From: Gammaproteobacteria bacterium
GTDB taxonomy: Bacteria; Pseudomonadota; Gammaproteobacteria; Steroidobacterales; Rariloculaceae
DNA: 64,000 nucleotides
Assembly (NCBI GenBank): GCA_022819855.1
Contig: JAJEGN010000005.1
Location: 69,724-133,723, forward strand
Direction: 5' to 3'
In this document: piece by piece, positions 28,951 to 38,421 of the stretch
Layout: each line of letters opens with the position of its first letter
How positions within the stretch are numbered: the stretch's first letter is position 1
Translations under genes and position numbers: made by a program
The notes under the pieces: model-generated
What the model was told of the DNA's origin: nothing
What the model saw: the letters and a program-made list of their open reading frames with translations, nothing else
Database searches by the model: none

Positions 28951-29038
28951 TTCCGGAGACATGGTTGACACTTTCAACGGGGCGAGCCGCGTTGTCGTGG
29001 CTTCCCCAATCCCAGATGTGTAAACCATGTCTCCGGAA
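28951..29038. repeat. 21-nt inverted repeat (one mismatch) separated by 46 nt, immediately downstream of tRNA copy 2
   Basis: Left arm TTCCGGAGACATGGTTGACAC (28951-28971). Right arm GTGTAAACCATGTCTCCGGAA (29018-29038). A single related arm sits at 11253-11272 after tRNA copy 1, with the same 15-nt offset. Confidence 0.9.
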
Positions 29039-29119
29039 TACTGTGTAAGCTACCTTGCCCCACGCACAGAAGCTCATCCCATCGAAAGCGCGACACGCAA
29101 CTATCGGAGTCGAGAGAAT

Positions 29120-31240
29120 ATGCTGATACGAGGAGCGATTGGCGCTGCGCTGGCACTGACGATGACCGCGGTCTGGGCTCAACAGGCGCTGGTCGAACCA
29201 GGCGATTCGAACGATATGGAAGACCCCTACATCTGGCTCGAGGACGTCGAAGGCGACGAAGCGCTGGCGTGGGTGGAACGGCAGAATGAGCAGTCGGTGG
29301 CGTACCTCGAATCGTTGCCGATGTTCGACGAGCTTTTCGAGCGGAGTCTCCAGATTCTCGATTCGGACGATCGCATCGCCTTTCCCGGCGTCCGCGGCGA
29401 CCACGTTTTCAATTTCTGGAGGGACGCGACCAATCCACGCGGTCTTTGGCGCCGCACGACCGTCGATGATTACGTTGCCGGCGATCCCGACTGGGAAGTC
29501 CTGCTGAACCTTGACGCGCTCGCCGAAGCCGAAGGCGAAGACTGGGTCTGGGGAGGCGTTGCATGCCTGCGCCCGGACTATCGCATCTGCGTGCTGGAGC
29601 TGTCTCGCGGCGGTGCCGACGCCGCGGTCATGCGCGAGTTCGATGTCGAGAACAAGGCGTTCGTGGATGACGGATTCGTCGCTCCCGAGGCGAAGTCCCG
29701 GCTGAGCTGGATCGACAGCGACTCCGTGTACATCGGCACCGACTTCGGTGAAGGCACGCTCACGGACTCCGGTTACGCCCGCACGGTTCGAGTCTGGAGG
29801 CGGGGCGAGCCGCTTTCGAATGCCACGGAAATCTTCGCCGGCGAGCAGTCCGATGTCGCGGCGAACGTATACCGCCGCTGGGATGGCGATTCTCCCTACG
29901 ACATCGCCGCAAGGTCATTGTCGTTCTACACGACGACGAGTTACCTGGTGACGGACGAGGGCGAGTTCCAACTGATCGACATCCCGGAGGACGCGAGTCT
30001 GGAGGGCATCTTCCACGGGCAGATGCTCGTGGCGCTCAAGTCCGACTGGACCGTGGACGGCGAGACGTTCGTGCAAGGGTCGCTGATCGCAGCGGACTTC
30101 GAGAAGTTCCTGCAGGGCGAACCCGACTTCCACGTGCTGTTCGTACCGACGCCGACTACGGCGTTGGTGGACGGCGGGGTGACGACGACGCGCGACTACC
30201 TGATTCTCAACATCCTTGAGGACGTGGCCAACCGTCTGGTTCGCTACGAACTGCGCGACGGCGAGTGGGTTTCGCAAGACATCGACACCGAAGCGCTCGG
30301 CAGCATCAGGGTGGTTGCCGCCTCGGACACATCGAACACGATTTTCTTCTCGTATGAGAATTTCCGGACACCCGACACGCTTTATGTCTCGCGGGATGGC
30401 GGCGCGAGCGCCGAAGCGCTGCAATCGTTGCCCGAGTTCTTCGACGCCGAGGGGGTGTCCGTCGAACAGCGCTTCGCCACGAGTTCGGATGGCACGAGAG
30501 TCCCCTATTTCCTGGTGCTTCCCGCGGGATTCGAAGCGAATGGAGACACCCCGACGCTGCTCTACGGCTACGGTGGCTTCGAGATCAGCCTGACCCCCGG
30601 TTACAGCTCGATCGTGGGCCATAGCTGGATTGCCCGCGGCGGCGCCTACGTTATTGCCAATATCCGCGGCGGCGGAGAGTACGGGCCTCGCTGGCACCAG
30701 GCGGCGCTGAAGGAAAACCGGCAACGCGCTTACGATGATTTCATCGCGGTCGCGGAAGATTTGATCGAGCGCGGCGTGACCAGATCCGGGCGCCTGGGCA
30801 TCCGCGGCGGCTCGAACGGCGGCCTCCTCACGGGCGTGATGCTGACGCAGCGCCCTGATCTGTGGAACGCGGTCATCGTGCAGGTGCCGCTACTCGACAT
30901 GAGGCGCTACAACCGGCTCCTGGCGGGAGCTTCCTGGATGGCCGAGTACGGCAACCCCGATACCGGCGACTGGGCGTACATCAGCGAATACTCGCCGTAC
31001 CAGAACGTTGAACGCGGCGTGGACTATCCGAAACCGTTCTTCACCACGTCAACCCGCGATGACCGCGTGCACCCGGGCCACGCAAGAAAGATGGTCGCGC
31101 GGATGACGGAGATGGGCCACGACCTGCTCTATTTCGAAAACACGGTCGGCGGCCATGCCGGCGCCTCGGACAACACGCAAAGGGCGAGGAACGAGGCCAT
31201 GATCTATAGCTATCTGTGGGATCAATTGGGTACGAAGTAA
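29120..31240 (+). CDS. Prolyl oligopeptidase (S9) family serine peptidase, secreted
   Basis: Start moved to ATG 29120, giving the signal peptide MLIRGAIGAALALTMTAVWAQ. Nucleophile elbow GGSNGGLL; DDRVHP and GGHAG lie near the C-terminus. Confidence 0.85.
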   Translation: MLIRGAIGAALALTMTAVWAQQALVEPGDSNDMEDPYIWLEDVEGDEALAWVERQNEQSVAYLESLPMFDELFERSLQILDSDDRIAFPGVRGDHVFNFWRDATNPRGLWRRTTVDDYVAGDPDWEVLLNLDALAEAEGEDWVWGGVACLRPDYRICVLELSRGGADAAVMREFDVENKAFVDDGFVAPEAKSRLSWIDSDSVYIGTDFGEGTLTDSGYARTVRVWRRGEPLSNATEIFAGEQSDVAANVYRRWDGDSPYDIAARSLSFYTTTSYLVTDEGEFQLIDIPEDASLEGIFHGQMLVALKSDWTVDGETFVQGSLIAADFEKFLQGEPDFHVLFVPTPTTALVDGGVTTTRDYLILNILEDVANRLVRYELRDGEWVSQDIDTEALGSIRVVAASDTSNTIFFSYENFRTPDTLYVSRDGGASAEALQSLPEFFDAEGVSVEQRFATSSDGTRVPYFLVLPAGFEANGDTPTLLYGYGGFEISLTPGYSSIVGHSWIARGGAYVIANIRGGGEYGPRWHQAALKENRQRAYDDFIAVAEDLIERGVTRSGRLGIRGGSNGGLLTGVMLTQRPDLWNAVIVQVPLLDMRRYNRLLAGASWMAEYGNPDTGDWAYISEYSPYQNVERGVDYPKPFFTTSTRDDRVHPGHARKMVARMTEMGHDLLYFENTVGGHAGASDNTQRARNEAMIYSYLWDQLGTK

Positions 31241-31331
31241 CAAGATTGGAAGGCGCCGGAGGCGCGAATTCCCAACGCCGGGATCCGTTTTTCCGGGCCC
31301 TTTCCAACGAATCCTTGGAGATGGAAAAGCA

Positions 31332-32774
31332 ATGAACGACAAGCGAATAAGTATTCCTGCATTGATCTGCTCAATGGTTTCGTTGGCAACTTCGCTCGCC
31401 GCAGGCTTGACGCGCGGCGCAGCTCCGACGCCGGCGGAACGTCTGCCGCGCGCCGCGAACCCCACCCGCCTCGCAAGCCTCACCCGCCTCGCAAGCCTCA
31501 CCCTTGCCGCAAGCCTCACGCTCGGTACGGCCACCGCGCTGGCGCAAGGTCTGCCGACGGCGGATCCCTCGGCTGTCGGCCTGTCCGCGGAGCGGCTCGG
31601 CCGTGTCGATGCGTTGATTGAGGGCGCCATCGCCGACGATCAGATCGCGGGCGCCGTGGCGCTAATCGCTCGAGACGGTCGCGTCGCACACCTGTCCGCC
31701 TACGGCATGGCCGACATCGATGACGGCGAGACGATGCAGACGGACACGATTTTCCGCTTCGCGTCCATGACGAAACCGATCACGAGCCTCGCCGTGATGA
31801 TGCTCTACGAGGAAGGCCATTTTCTGCTCAACGAGCCCGTTTCGCGATTTATTCCGGAGCTTGCAAATCCGAGCATGCTTTCGACAAAAGGCTCCGGAAT
31901 CGTTCCGGCCGGGAGCGAGATCTCGATCCACGATCTGCTCACCCACACGTCGGGATTGAGCTACGGCTTCCTTGCACAGGGCGCCGGACCCGCGGAACTC
32001 GCGCGCCGCTACGTGGAAGCCGGGGTGTCGGACGGCCTCGTCCAGACCGATGGCGTGATCGCCGACCTGCCAGGCCGGCTGAGCCAGGCTCCGTTGCTGT
32101 TCGAGCCGGGCACGCAATACGCGTACAGCCTGTCGATCGACGTGCTCGGCCGTCTGGTTGAGGTCGTCTCCGGCATGACGCTCGCAGAATTCTTCGAGAC
32201 CCGCATCTTTGAGCCGCTCGGCATGGACGACACGGCGTTCTTCATCGATGCGGAAACGGCGGCGGAACGCCTGGCCAGCGTCTACTCCACGGGCGAGGAC
32301 GGCAGCCTGGTCGAAACCGGCTCCGAGCCGATCGAGCTCGGCACGCTGCGTTACTCGGCGAGCTTTCACTACGACGGGCCACAGACCTACTTCTCTGGCG
32401 GCGCAGGACTTGTATCGACGGCGAGCGACTATGCGCGCTTTCTGCAGCTCATGCTGAACGGCGGTGCGCTTGACGGTGAACGGCTCGTCGCCCCGAAGAC
32501 CGTCGAGTTCATGACCCGCAACCAGATCGGCGACCTTGACGTGTCGCCGGGCGTCAAATTCGGGCTCGGCTTCGCTGTCATCGAGGATCCGGGCCAGGTG
32601 GGCGAGACACAGTCGGCAGGCAACTACTACTGGGGCGGGTTTTTCAACACGAGCTTCTTCGTCGATCCGGGCGAGCGGATGTTCGCCATCCTCCTGACCC
32701 AGCGTTTTCCGGGGGACCAGACGAACGTACGCGACAAGTTCGTGTCGGCGGTCTACCAGGCCCTGATTGAGTAA
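31332..32774 (+). CDS. Class C beta-lactamase-related serine hydrolase
   Basis: S-x-x-K motif in FRFASMTKPITS, with the typical length. The N-terminal region contains a hexapeptide repeat. Confidence 0.85.
   Translation: MNDKRISIPALICSMVSLATSLAAGLTRGAAPTPAERLPRAANPTRLASLTRLASLTLAASLTLGTATALAQGLPTADPSAVGLSAERLGRVDALIEGAIADDQIAGAVALIARDGRVAHLSAYGMADIDDGETMQTDTIFRFASMTKPITSLAVMMLYEEGHFLLNEPVSRFIPELANPSMLSTKGSGIVPAGSEISIHDLLTHTSGLSYGFLAQGAGPAELARRYVEAGVSDGLVQTDGVIADLPGRLSQAPLLFEPGTQYAYSLSIDVLGRLVEVVSGMTLAEFFETRIFEPLGMDDTAFFIDAETAAERLASVYSTGEDGSLVETGSEPIELGTLRYSASFHYDGPQTYFSGGAGLVSTASDYARFLQLMLNGGALDGERLVAPKTVEFMTRNQIGDLDVSPGVKFGLGFAVIEDPGQVGETQSAGNYYWGGFFNTSFFVDPGERMFAILLTQRFPGDQTNVRDKFVSAVYQALIE
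31465..31518 (+). repeat. 18-nt in-frame tandem repeat, 3 copies (third degenerate)
   Basis: CCCGCCTCGCAAGCCTCA twice (31465-31482, 31483-31500), then CCCTTGCCGCAAGCCTCA (31501-31518). Encodes (P/L)T(R/L)(L/A)AS units. Confidence 0.9.
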
Positions 32775-32937
32775 GTCTGCGGCCCGCGGGGTCTACCCGG
32801 CCGCCCCGCGCGGGGTAAAGACACGTCACGACCCCTGAGCGCCGAGCCCAGCAATGGCGCACCGTGCGCTGCCCTGGCACGCGTGCAGCCATTGCGTTGG
32901 AATCTGCTGCTGGGCGGTGGGCCAACCGCAGCCGGGA

Positions 32938-33468
32938 TTATTCAGCTAGCGGAACCTGCTCGATCATGTAATCGACTGCCGAAGTGACCTCAGCGTCGGA
33001 CAGATCGACACGTCCCCCTTTTGCCGGCATGAAACCGACCTCGCCCTGGTACCCGGCGATGGAACGCTCGTGGAGTATCTCGATTCCCTGTTCGATCCTC
33101 GGTAGCCAGGCTTCGACGTTCCCGATCACCGGCGCGCCGCCGACGCCAGGTTCCGAGTGGCACAGATAGCAGGCTTCGTTATAGGTCTGCGCGCCCGTCA
33201 GAACCGTGTCCACCGGCTCCGGTGCCGCGATGGCGACGGTGACCGCCGCCGCCGCTTCGAGTTCCGGATCGCCGATCAGCAGCACGCTGCCGACCGGACG
33301 AATCCGCTCCGCGATCGCAGCCTGCACCTCGGGATCGTCGAGCGCGAACTGGTCCCGAGCTTCGAACGCGTTCATGCGCACGAAGAACACCACCCCGACG
33401 ACCACGCCGACAAAGATGCCGAGCGCGAGCATGAAGCTGTCGAAAAACCGGTGATCCCGCGTGCTCAA
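32938..33468 (-). CDS. Membrane-anchored c-type cytochrome (c5-like)
   Basis: N-terminal TM helix, then a single CYLCH haem motif with downstream Met (GFMPAKGG). Confidence 0.75.
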   Translation of the reverse strand: MSTRDHRFFDSFMLALGIFVGVVVGVVFFVRMNAFEARDQFALDDPEVQAAIAERIRPVGSVLLIGDPELEAAAAVTVAIAAPEPVDTVLTGAQTYNEACYLCHSEPGVGGAPVIGNVEAWLPRIEQGIEILHERSIAGYQGEVGFMPAKGGRVDLSDAEVTSAVDYMIEQVPLAE

Positions 33469-33532
33469 TGTGCGTTCCCGAGGGTTGAGGCGGCGCGATT
33501 ATAGCCGAACGGTATGCACTGGCCAGGACTGC

Positions 33533-35032
33533 TCAACGGTTCCGCTCCAGACAGCGCATCTGCAGCGCTTCGGCGAGGTGAGCGAACTCGGGTTTCTCGC
33601 AGCCGCCGAGATCGGCGATGGTTCTTGCCGTCCTGAGCACGCGCACGGTGCCGCGGGCGCTGAGCTGCCACGTGCTGACGGCCTGCTTGAGCAGCGCGAG
33701 ACCGTCGCGGTCGAGCGGCACGGCGCGCCATACGGCGGCGTCCTCGAGCTGCGCGTTCAGGCAACCGTCACGGGCGAGCTGCCGTTCCCGCGCTGCGGCG
33801 ATGCGCTCGCCGAGCTCGGCGGATTCGGATCGGCCGGAGTCCGACGCGAGCTCCGCGAAGCTCACCTGCGGGACCTCGATGTGCAGGTCGAAGCGGTCGA
33901 GCAGCGGACCGGACACCCGGCCCTGGTATTGCTGAAGACGCGTGAGCGAGCAGCGGCAGCGGTCGGTGCCGTCGCCGAGGTAGCCGCAGGGACAGGGGTT
34001 CATCGCGGCGACCAACTGGAACTCGGCGGGAAAGGAAATCTGCTCGCGAACGCGGGAGATCCTGACGACCCCTGATTCCATCGGTTCGCGCAGCGCCTCG
34101 AGCGCCATGCGATTGAACTCGGGCAACTCGTCGAGGAAGAGCACACCGCGGTGAGCGAGGGAGACCTCGCCCGGTCTGGGCCGAGCGCCGCCGCCGACGA
34201 GGGCCTGCGCCGAGGTCGTGTGGTGCGGCGCCCGGAACGGCGGATCGATGCCGTTGGCGAGCGCCGAGCGTTCGCCCGCGACCGAGGCGATGCTCGCAAC
34301 GCCGAGCGCATCCTCCCAGTCGAGCGGCGGGATCAGCCCGCGCAGCCGTTCGGCGAGCATGCTCTTGCCGCTGCCGGGCGGACCGACCATGAGCAGATTG
34401 TGGCCGCCCGCGGCCGCGACGGTCAGCGCGCGCTTGGCGGCGGCGTGACCGCGCACCTCGCTGAGGTCGGCCGCGCTCAGGCGCTTGCGCGGCGGTTTGC
34501 GCGGCTCGATCCGCTGGAGCCGCGAGTTGCCGTGAAGAAACTCGATGACCTCCTTGAGATGGCTCGCACGGTAGACCTCGGCGTCTTCGACGAGCGCGGC
34601 TTCGTCGGTATTTCCCGCGGGCAGGATCACGCGGCGCCTCGCCGCCCGGGCGGCGAGCACGGCCGGCAAGGCGCCCGTGACGGGCCTGAGTTCTCCGCCG
34701 AGCGCGAGTTCGCCGATGAACTCGATGTCGTCGACCTTCCAGTTGAGTTTCTTGTCCGCCTTGACGACGCCGAGCGCGATCGCGAGATCGAAGCGCCCGC
34801 CGTCCTTGCGGACATCTGCCGGGCCGAGATGCGCGGTGATCTTGCTGGGAGGGACCGGCAGCCCACTCGTGTGCAACGCCGCCCGCACGCGATCGCGGCT
34901 CTCTCGCACGGCGGCTGTCGGCAGCCCCGTGATCGCGAAGCCCGGCAGCCCGCCCGCCAGGTGCACCTCGACGGTCACCTCGAAAGCCGTGAGCCCGGCC
35001 TGACCCCGGCTGATCAGCCGCGCGAGCGACAC
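33533..35032 (-). CDS. comM: Mg-chelatase-like ATPase ComM/YifB
   Basis: N-terminal Lon-like domain (VEVHLAGGLPGFAITGLP), Walker A GPPGSGKSMLA, and Cys-rich CPCGYLGDGTDRCRC. Confidence 0.9.
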   Translation of the reverse strand: MSLARLISRGQAGLTAFEVTVEVHLAGGLPGFAITGLPTAAVRESRDRVRAALHTSGLPVPPSKITAHLGPADVRKDGGRFDLAIALGVVKADKKLNWKVDDIEFIGELALGGELRPVTGALPAVLAARAARRRVILPAGNTDEAALVEDAEVYRASHLKEVIEFLHGNSRLQRIEPRKPPRKRLSAADLSEVRGHAAAKRALTVAAAGGHNLLMVGPPGSGKSMLAERLRGLIPPLDWEDALGVASIASVAGERSALANGIDPPFRAPHHTTSAQALVGGGARPRPGEVSLAHRGVLFLDELPEFNRMALEALREPMESGVVRISRVREQISFPAEFQLVAAMNPCPCGYLGDGTDRCRCSLTRLQQYQGRVSGPLLDRFDLHIEVPQVSFAELASDSGRSESAELGERIAAARERQLARDGCLNAQLEDAAVWRAVPLDRDGLALLKQAVSTWQLSARGTVRVLRTARTIADLGGCEKPEFAHLAEALQMRCLERNR

Positions 35033-35212
35033 GTGCGATACCCGTCGAGTGCAGGGTCAGAGGCGAAGGCCGGGACTGGCGGACCGCCAGCGCGAGATCG
35101 ACACGCGCGGTATTTTCCGAACGCCGGGTCACGGGCGAAGATCGGGACCGCCGGGCCGTCAGCGCTACAACGAGAAGAGCGGCGACGGTCCGGTGCTGGC
35201 GCTGCCGGCAGG

Positions 35213-35473
35213 TCAATCGGTGTCGAGCGATTCCTCGAGTTCGGCGAGCCGTGCCTCGAGCGTGGCGAGCTTCTCGCGCGTGCGTTCGAGTACAGCGGTC
35301 TGCAAATCGAATTCCTCACGGCTCACCAGATCCATGCGCTCGATGCCCGACTGCAGCAGCGACTTGACGTTGCGCTCCACATCCTCGCCCAGAGCCTTGA
35401 CGTTCCTGGGAACCGCCTCGGTCAGTTGACGGGCGAGTTTGTCGAGATCGAGGCCCTTGGACTTGTCGTTCAT
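35213..35473 (-). CDS. ubiK: Ubiquinone biosynthesis accessory factor UbiK (YqiC/BMFP family)
   Basis: Start moved to ATG 35473 (MNDKSKG..). 86-aa coiled-coil protein with DLVSREEFDLQTAVLERTREKL, typical of the family. Confidence 0.7.
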   Translation of the reverse strand: MNDKSKGLDLDKLARQLTEAVPRNVKALGEDVERNVKSLLQSGIERMDLVSREEFDLQTAVLERTREKLATLEARLAELEESLDTD

Positions 35474-35644
35474 TTCACTATCCCTGGAAGATGGTTGCGA
35501 CCTGCAAATTCGCCGAAGACATCGAGAAAGAGGGCGATCATAACGCGTTGGCCGGCATTGCGGTGCCTGCAAAAGCGTTCGACACCCGCATGGCGTCCGG
35601 AGGCACGAAGCCGACCGCAGGCTGCTAAACTTCTGACGAGAACG

Positions 35645-37108
35645 ATGAGCAAGAGAAAAAAGCCGAGCCAGCCGGATCCGGAGGGCAGCCTCGAACAGGA
35701 CGAGGCTGCAGCGGAGAACGCTGAGGCTGCGACAGAGAGCGAGACGGGCGTCGCGGAGGAGGGCGCCACCGACGCCAGGGCCGTGGCTGGTGATGACGCG
35801 GCATCGGGCAGCGAGTCGGAGGTCGCGGAGGACGCTGTGGCTGACGAAGCATCCGCTGGCGACGATTCCGAGACGGCTGACGAAGCGGAGTCCGGCGACG
35901 TAACAGCGCTTGTTGCTGGCGCGACGTCCGACGACGAAGCAACTGCGGCCGATGAGGGCCCATCCAGGGATGAAGCCGGATCAGCCAAGCCCGAAGCCCC
36001 ACCGGAATCCGCGCCCCCGCTCGCCGCGCGTGTCGGCCGCTTGCGCGTCGGCAAGCTCGGCGCCGCGATGGCGTTGCTTGCGGCCGCCGGCGTCGCGGTC
36101 TTCGCGGTAGTCCTGTGGTGGCAGTTTCTGGAGGGCTACGTCAGCGAAGCGGCCAACAGCGCGGTTGCCGATGGCGGCGTGGCAGAGTCACCCGTCGGCG
36201 ATGTGGATGCCATTGCCGCCGACGACGGGCAAGGCATCGAGGCGGCCCTGCGCGCCCTGGACGCCCGCATCGCGGCGCTCGGCGAGGAACTGACCGCGAG
36301 CCGAGCGGAATTCGAGGTTCGCGTCGATCGGGCCGAGGCGCTGCTCGAAAACCTGCCGGCAAGGTTTGCCGCCCTTGAAAGGCGCGTCAACGCGGTCCAG
36401 GGCAGCACGCGCGAAGCGCGCGAGAGCCTGCTGCGCGAGGAAGCCGAATACTATCTGACGCTCGCCAATACCGAGCTCGAAATCGCTGGCCGCTGGGACA
36501 GCGCGATCTCCGCGCTCGAGATCGCCGACGACAAGCTGCGCGAACTCGGCAACCCGACGCTGCGCCCCGTCCGCGAGGCGATCTCCGCGGAGCTCATCGC
36601 TCTCAATTCGGTCGAGCAGCCCGACATCGAAGGCATCGTCATCACGCTCGGACGCCTGCTCGAACAGGCCCCCGATCTGTCGCTGCGCCCCGGCGGTCCG
36701 AACCGCTTCGCGGCGCCGGAAACCGGGCTCGATGACGCGCAACCGGGACTCGACAGGCTCTGGCTCGGCGTGCAAAACGCACTGCGCAGCATCGTGTCCG
36801 TCGAACGGCGCGAGGCGCCCGTCGCCCCCGTGCTCACGGCAGCGGAGCAGCAGCTCGCCCGGCGGCAACTCCAGCTCGAGCTTCAGCTTGCGCGCTTCGC
36901 GGCGACGAGCGGGAGTCAGGAGGCCTTCTCGTCCGGTGTGGCCGCCGCGCGCGCCGTGCTCGAGCAGGACTTCGACGCCGAGAGCGTGGCAGTCGAAAAC
37001 GCCGTCACGCTGCTCGACGGGCTGGCCGAGGTCGATGTCGCGCCGGTCAGGCCGGATATCGGCGAGTCGCTGAGGGCGCTGCGTGCGCTCAGCGCAGAGG
37101 GCGACTAG
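35645..37108 (+). CDS. hemX: HemX-family protein with long acidic low-complexity N-terminus
   Basis: Only the last 487 codons of the 985-aa ORF are used (ATG 35645). TM segment, then EAEYYLTLANTELEIAGRWDSAISALEIADDKL, typical of HemX. Followed by hemY. Confidence 0.7.
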   Translation: MSKRKKPSQPDPEGSLEQDEAAAENAEAATESETGVAEEGATDARAVAGDDAASGSESEVAEDAVADEASAGDDSETADEAESGDVTALVAGATSDDEATAADEGPSRDEAGSAKPEAPPESAPPLAARVGRLRVGKLGAAMALLAAAGVAVFAVVLWWQFLEGYVSEAANSAVADGGVAESPVGDVDAIAADDGQGIEAALRALDARIAALGEELTASRAEFEVRVDRAEALLENLPARFAALERRVNAVQGSTREARESLLREEAEYYLTLANTELEIAGRWDSAISALEIADDKLRELGNPTLRPVREAISAELIALNSVEQPDIEGIVITLGRLLEQAPDLSLRPGGPNRFAAPETGLDDAQPGLDRLWLGVQNALRSIVSVERREAPVAPVLTAAEQQLARRQLQLELQLARFAATSGSQEAFSSGVAAARAVLEQDFDAESVAVENAVTLLDGLAEVDVAPVRPDIGESLRALRALSAEGD

Positions 37109-38364
37109 TGCGCTTCGGGATCTGGGGTATCGGGGCCCTGATCGTCGGCGCGTTCGCCGCGCACTTCCTGCTGCAGGACAACGGCTACGTACTGATCAAC
37201 TTCAGGGGCTACGTCGTCGAGATGTCGGTTCCGGGCCTGATTCTCGCGCTCATCGCGCTCTACGTGCTCGTGCGCGTGCTCGTGAGGATCTGGCGCATGC
37301 CGCACGATCTCGGTGCGGCCGTGGCCGAGCACCGGGTCAAGCGTGCGCACCGCAAGCTCACGCGCGGGTTCATCCAGCTTTCCGAAGGCGACTGGCGCGC
37401 CGGAGAGCGGCTGCTCACGCGCGGCCTCAAGGGTTCGGACACGCCGCTCGTCAACTATCTCATGGCCGCCCGCGCGGCGCAGTTGCAGGGCTCGTCCGAG
37501 CGGCGCAACGAGTGGCTCAAACTCGCCTACGAGGAACTCCCCGAGGCGGAGACGGCAGTGCTGCTGACCCAGGCCGAGTTGCAGTTCGAGGCTGGCGAGC
37601 ACGAGCGGGCGCTCGCGACGCTGGAGCGGATTCTCGAGGCGAACTCCAGCCATCCGGCGGCCCTGGGGCTGCTGGCGCAGACCTACCGCGCGCTTGGGGA
37701 CCGGCAGCGCCTCGGAGAGCTGCTGCCCCGCCTCGGGCACGCGAAACTCAAGCCCGAATTGCTCGAAAGCACCGCCGCGGAGGGCTTCGAGTGGCTCGTC
37801 GACAGCGACAGTTTGACCCTCGAGGAACTCGACAAGCACTGGGCGGCGTTGCCGACGACGCTTCGCAAGGCGCCAGCGCTCATCCGCCTGCGCGGGCTCG
37901 CGCTTGCGCGGCTCGGCAAGGGAGACCAGGCCGAACGCGAACTGCGCGCAGCGCTCAAGCGAAACTGGGCGGCGGATGTCGTGCGCACGTACGGAGAAGT
38001 CAGGGGCGCCGACTCCATCAGGCAGCTCAGGCAGGCCGAGAGCTGGCTCGAGGAACACCCCGAGGACGGTGCGCTGCTGCAGGCGACGGCGCGCTTGTGC
38101 ATGTCGAACGAACTCTGGGGCAAGGCGAGGAGCTACCTGGAATCGAGCCTGGCGCTTGCTCCGGATGCGGACGGCTACGCGCTCTACGGCAGACTGCTCG
38201 ATGAGTTGGGCGAAGGCGAGAAGGCGGCGCTGTCCTATCGCTCGGGCCTCGATCTCGTGAGCGGTTCCGACCCGGATGTCCCGACGCTCGACGCGCCGCG
38301 CGCCGTTGCGCGCCTGTCCGGCGACGAAGCCCCGGTTCCGGCCGTCCGGAACCGAACCCCGTGA
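37108..38364 (+). CDS. hemY: HemY-family protein (TPR-containing inner-membrane protein)
   Basis: GTG 37108 overlaps the hemX stop by 1 nt. Two N-terminal TM helices (FLLQDNGYVLINFRGYVVEMS) and a TPR-like C-terminus. Confidence 0.8.
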   Translation: MRFGIWGIGALIVGAFAAHFLLQDNGYVLINFRGYVVEMSVPGLILALIALYVLVRVLVRIWRMPHDLGAAVAEHRVKRAHRKLTRGFIQLSEGDWRAGERLLTRGLKGSDTPLVNYLMAARAAQLQGSSERRNEWLKLAYEELPEAETAVLLTQAELQFEAGEHERALATLERILEANSSHPAALGLLAQTYRALGDRQRLGELLPRLGHAKLKPELLESTAAEGFEWLVDSDSLTLEELDKHWAALPTTLRKAPALIRLRGLALARLGKGDQAERELRAALKRNWAADVVRTYGEVRGADSIRQLRQAESWLEEHPEDGALLQATARLCMSNELWGKARSYLESSLALAPDADGYALYGRLLDELGEGEKAALSYRSGLDLVSGSDPDVPTLDAPRAVARLSGDEAPVPAVRNRTP

Positions 38365-38421
38365 GTTGATCCTGGGGTCCTGTCTGGCGTCCAGCGTCGC
38401 ATTCGGAGTGAGCGGAAAGCG

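Noticed and set aside
29027-29119. Listed start of the prolyl oligopeptidase ORF inside the inverted repeat.
   Set aside because: The internal ATG at 29120 gives a canonical signal peptide. The upstream codons overlap the right arm of the repeat.
34151-35644. First ~498 codons of the 985-aa ORF 34151..37108.
   Set aside because: This part runs antisense through comM and ubiK and has no recognisable motifs. Only the segment from ATG 35645 (MSKRKKPSQ..) matches HemX.
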